A stretch of 64,000 nt of DNA, from assembly GCA_950097015.1 (NCBI GenBank), contig CATNEN010000003.1:10602001-10666000 (forward strand). Reading direction: 5' to 3'. The DNA comes from Macrostomum hystrix. Its lineage: Eukaryota; Animalia; Platyhelminthes. Both the position numbers and the translations under genes were made by a program. Below are positions 63,805 to 64,000 of this stretch, one piece after another. The notes under the pieces were generated by a model that was not told the DNA's origin, did not search any database, and saw nothing but the letters and a program-made list of their open reading frames with translations. Within the stretch, counting starts at the first letter, position 1. The number at the start of each line of letters is the position of its first letter.

Positions 63805-64000
63805 CATTGCTGATCCCAGATGTGACTCATTCCTGATCCCAGAGTTCCCATTCGCCTCATCACTAATCCCAGATTTCCCATCTCCTTCATTCCTGATCTC
63901 AGAGTTCCATTCGCCTCATCCCTGATCCCGAGATTTTCCATCTCCATCCCTGATCCCGAGATTTCCCATCTCCTTCATTCCTGATCCCAGATTTCCCATT
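63805..64000. repeat. Start of a degenerate ~31-bp intronic minisatellite
   Basis: CCTGATCCCAGATTTCCCATCTCCTTCATT-like units up to the window edge. Confidence 0.75.

Noticed and set aside
1-64000. Helical (~10.5 bp) periodicity or shared palindromic cores among minisatellite units
   Set aside because: Unit lengths spread from 11 to 43 bp, and 4-bp palindromes are expected by chance in units this long

Overview
Eukaryotic, intron-rich animal DNA. Gene style, SINEs and minisatellite-filled introns suggest a Macrostomum-like flatworm (inference). I assembled ten spliced protein-coding genes by hand from GT-AG junctions: a MANSC-domain Ser/Thr-rich protein (-), KLHDC4 (-), ADISSP/C20orf27 (-), TMEM67/meckelin (+), an M6PR/ATG27-like receptor (+), a secreted PAN/LamG-like protein (+), a type II membrane glycosyltransferase resembling CAP59/microbial enzymes (-), an orphan with a SUMO-like segment (-), a divergent HYOU1/Grp170 (-) and the 5' part of TFIIS/TCEA (+). 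Roughly a third of the window is tandem minisatellite: about 18 arrays, nearly all with unrelated units, mostly filling introns or lying next to UTRs. Other repeats are three tRNA-derived SINE families, two fold-back MITEs, an internally deleted mariner and a possible solo LTR. Most ORFs in the six-frame track are repeat artefacts. Best leads: the possibly horizontally acquired glycosyltransferase, the SUMO-like orphan and the one-minisatellite-per-intron pattern.
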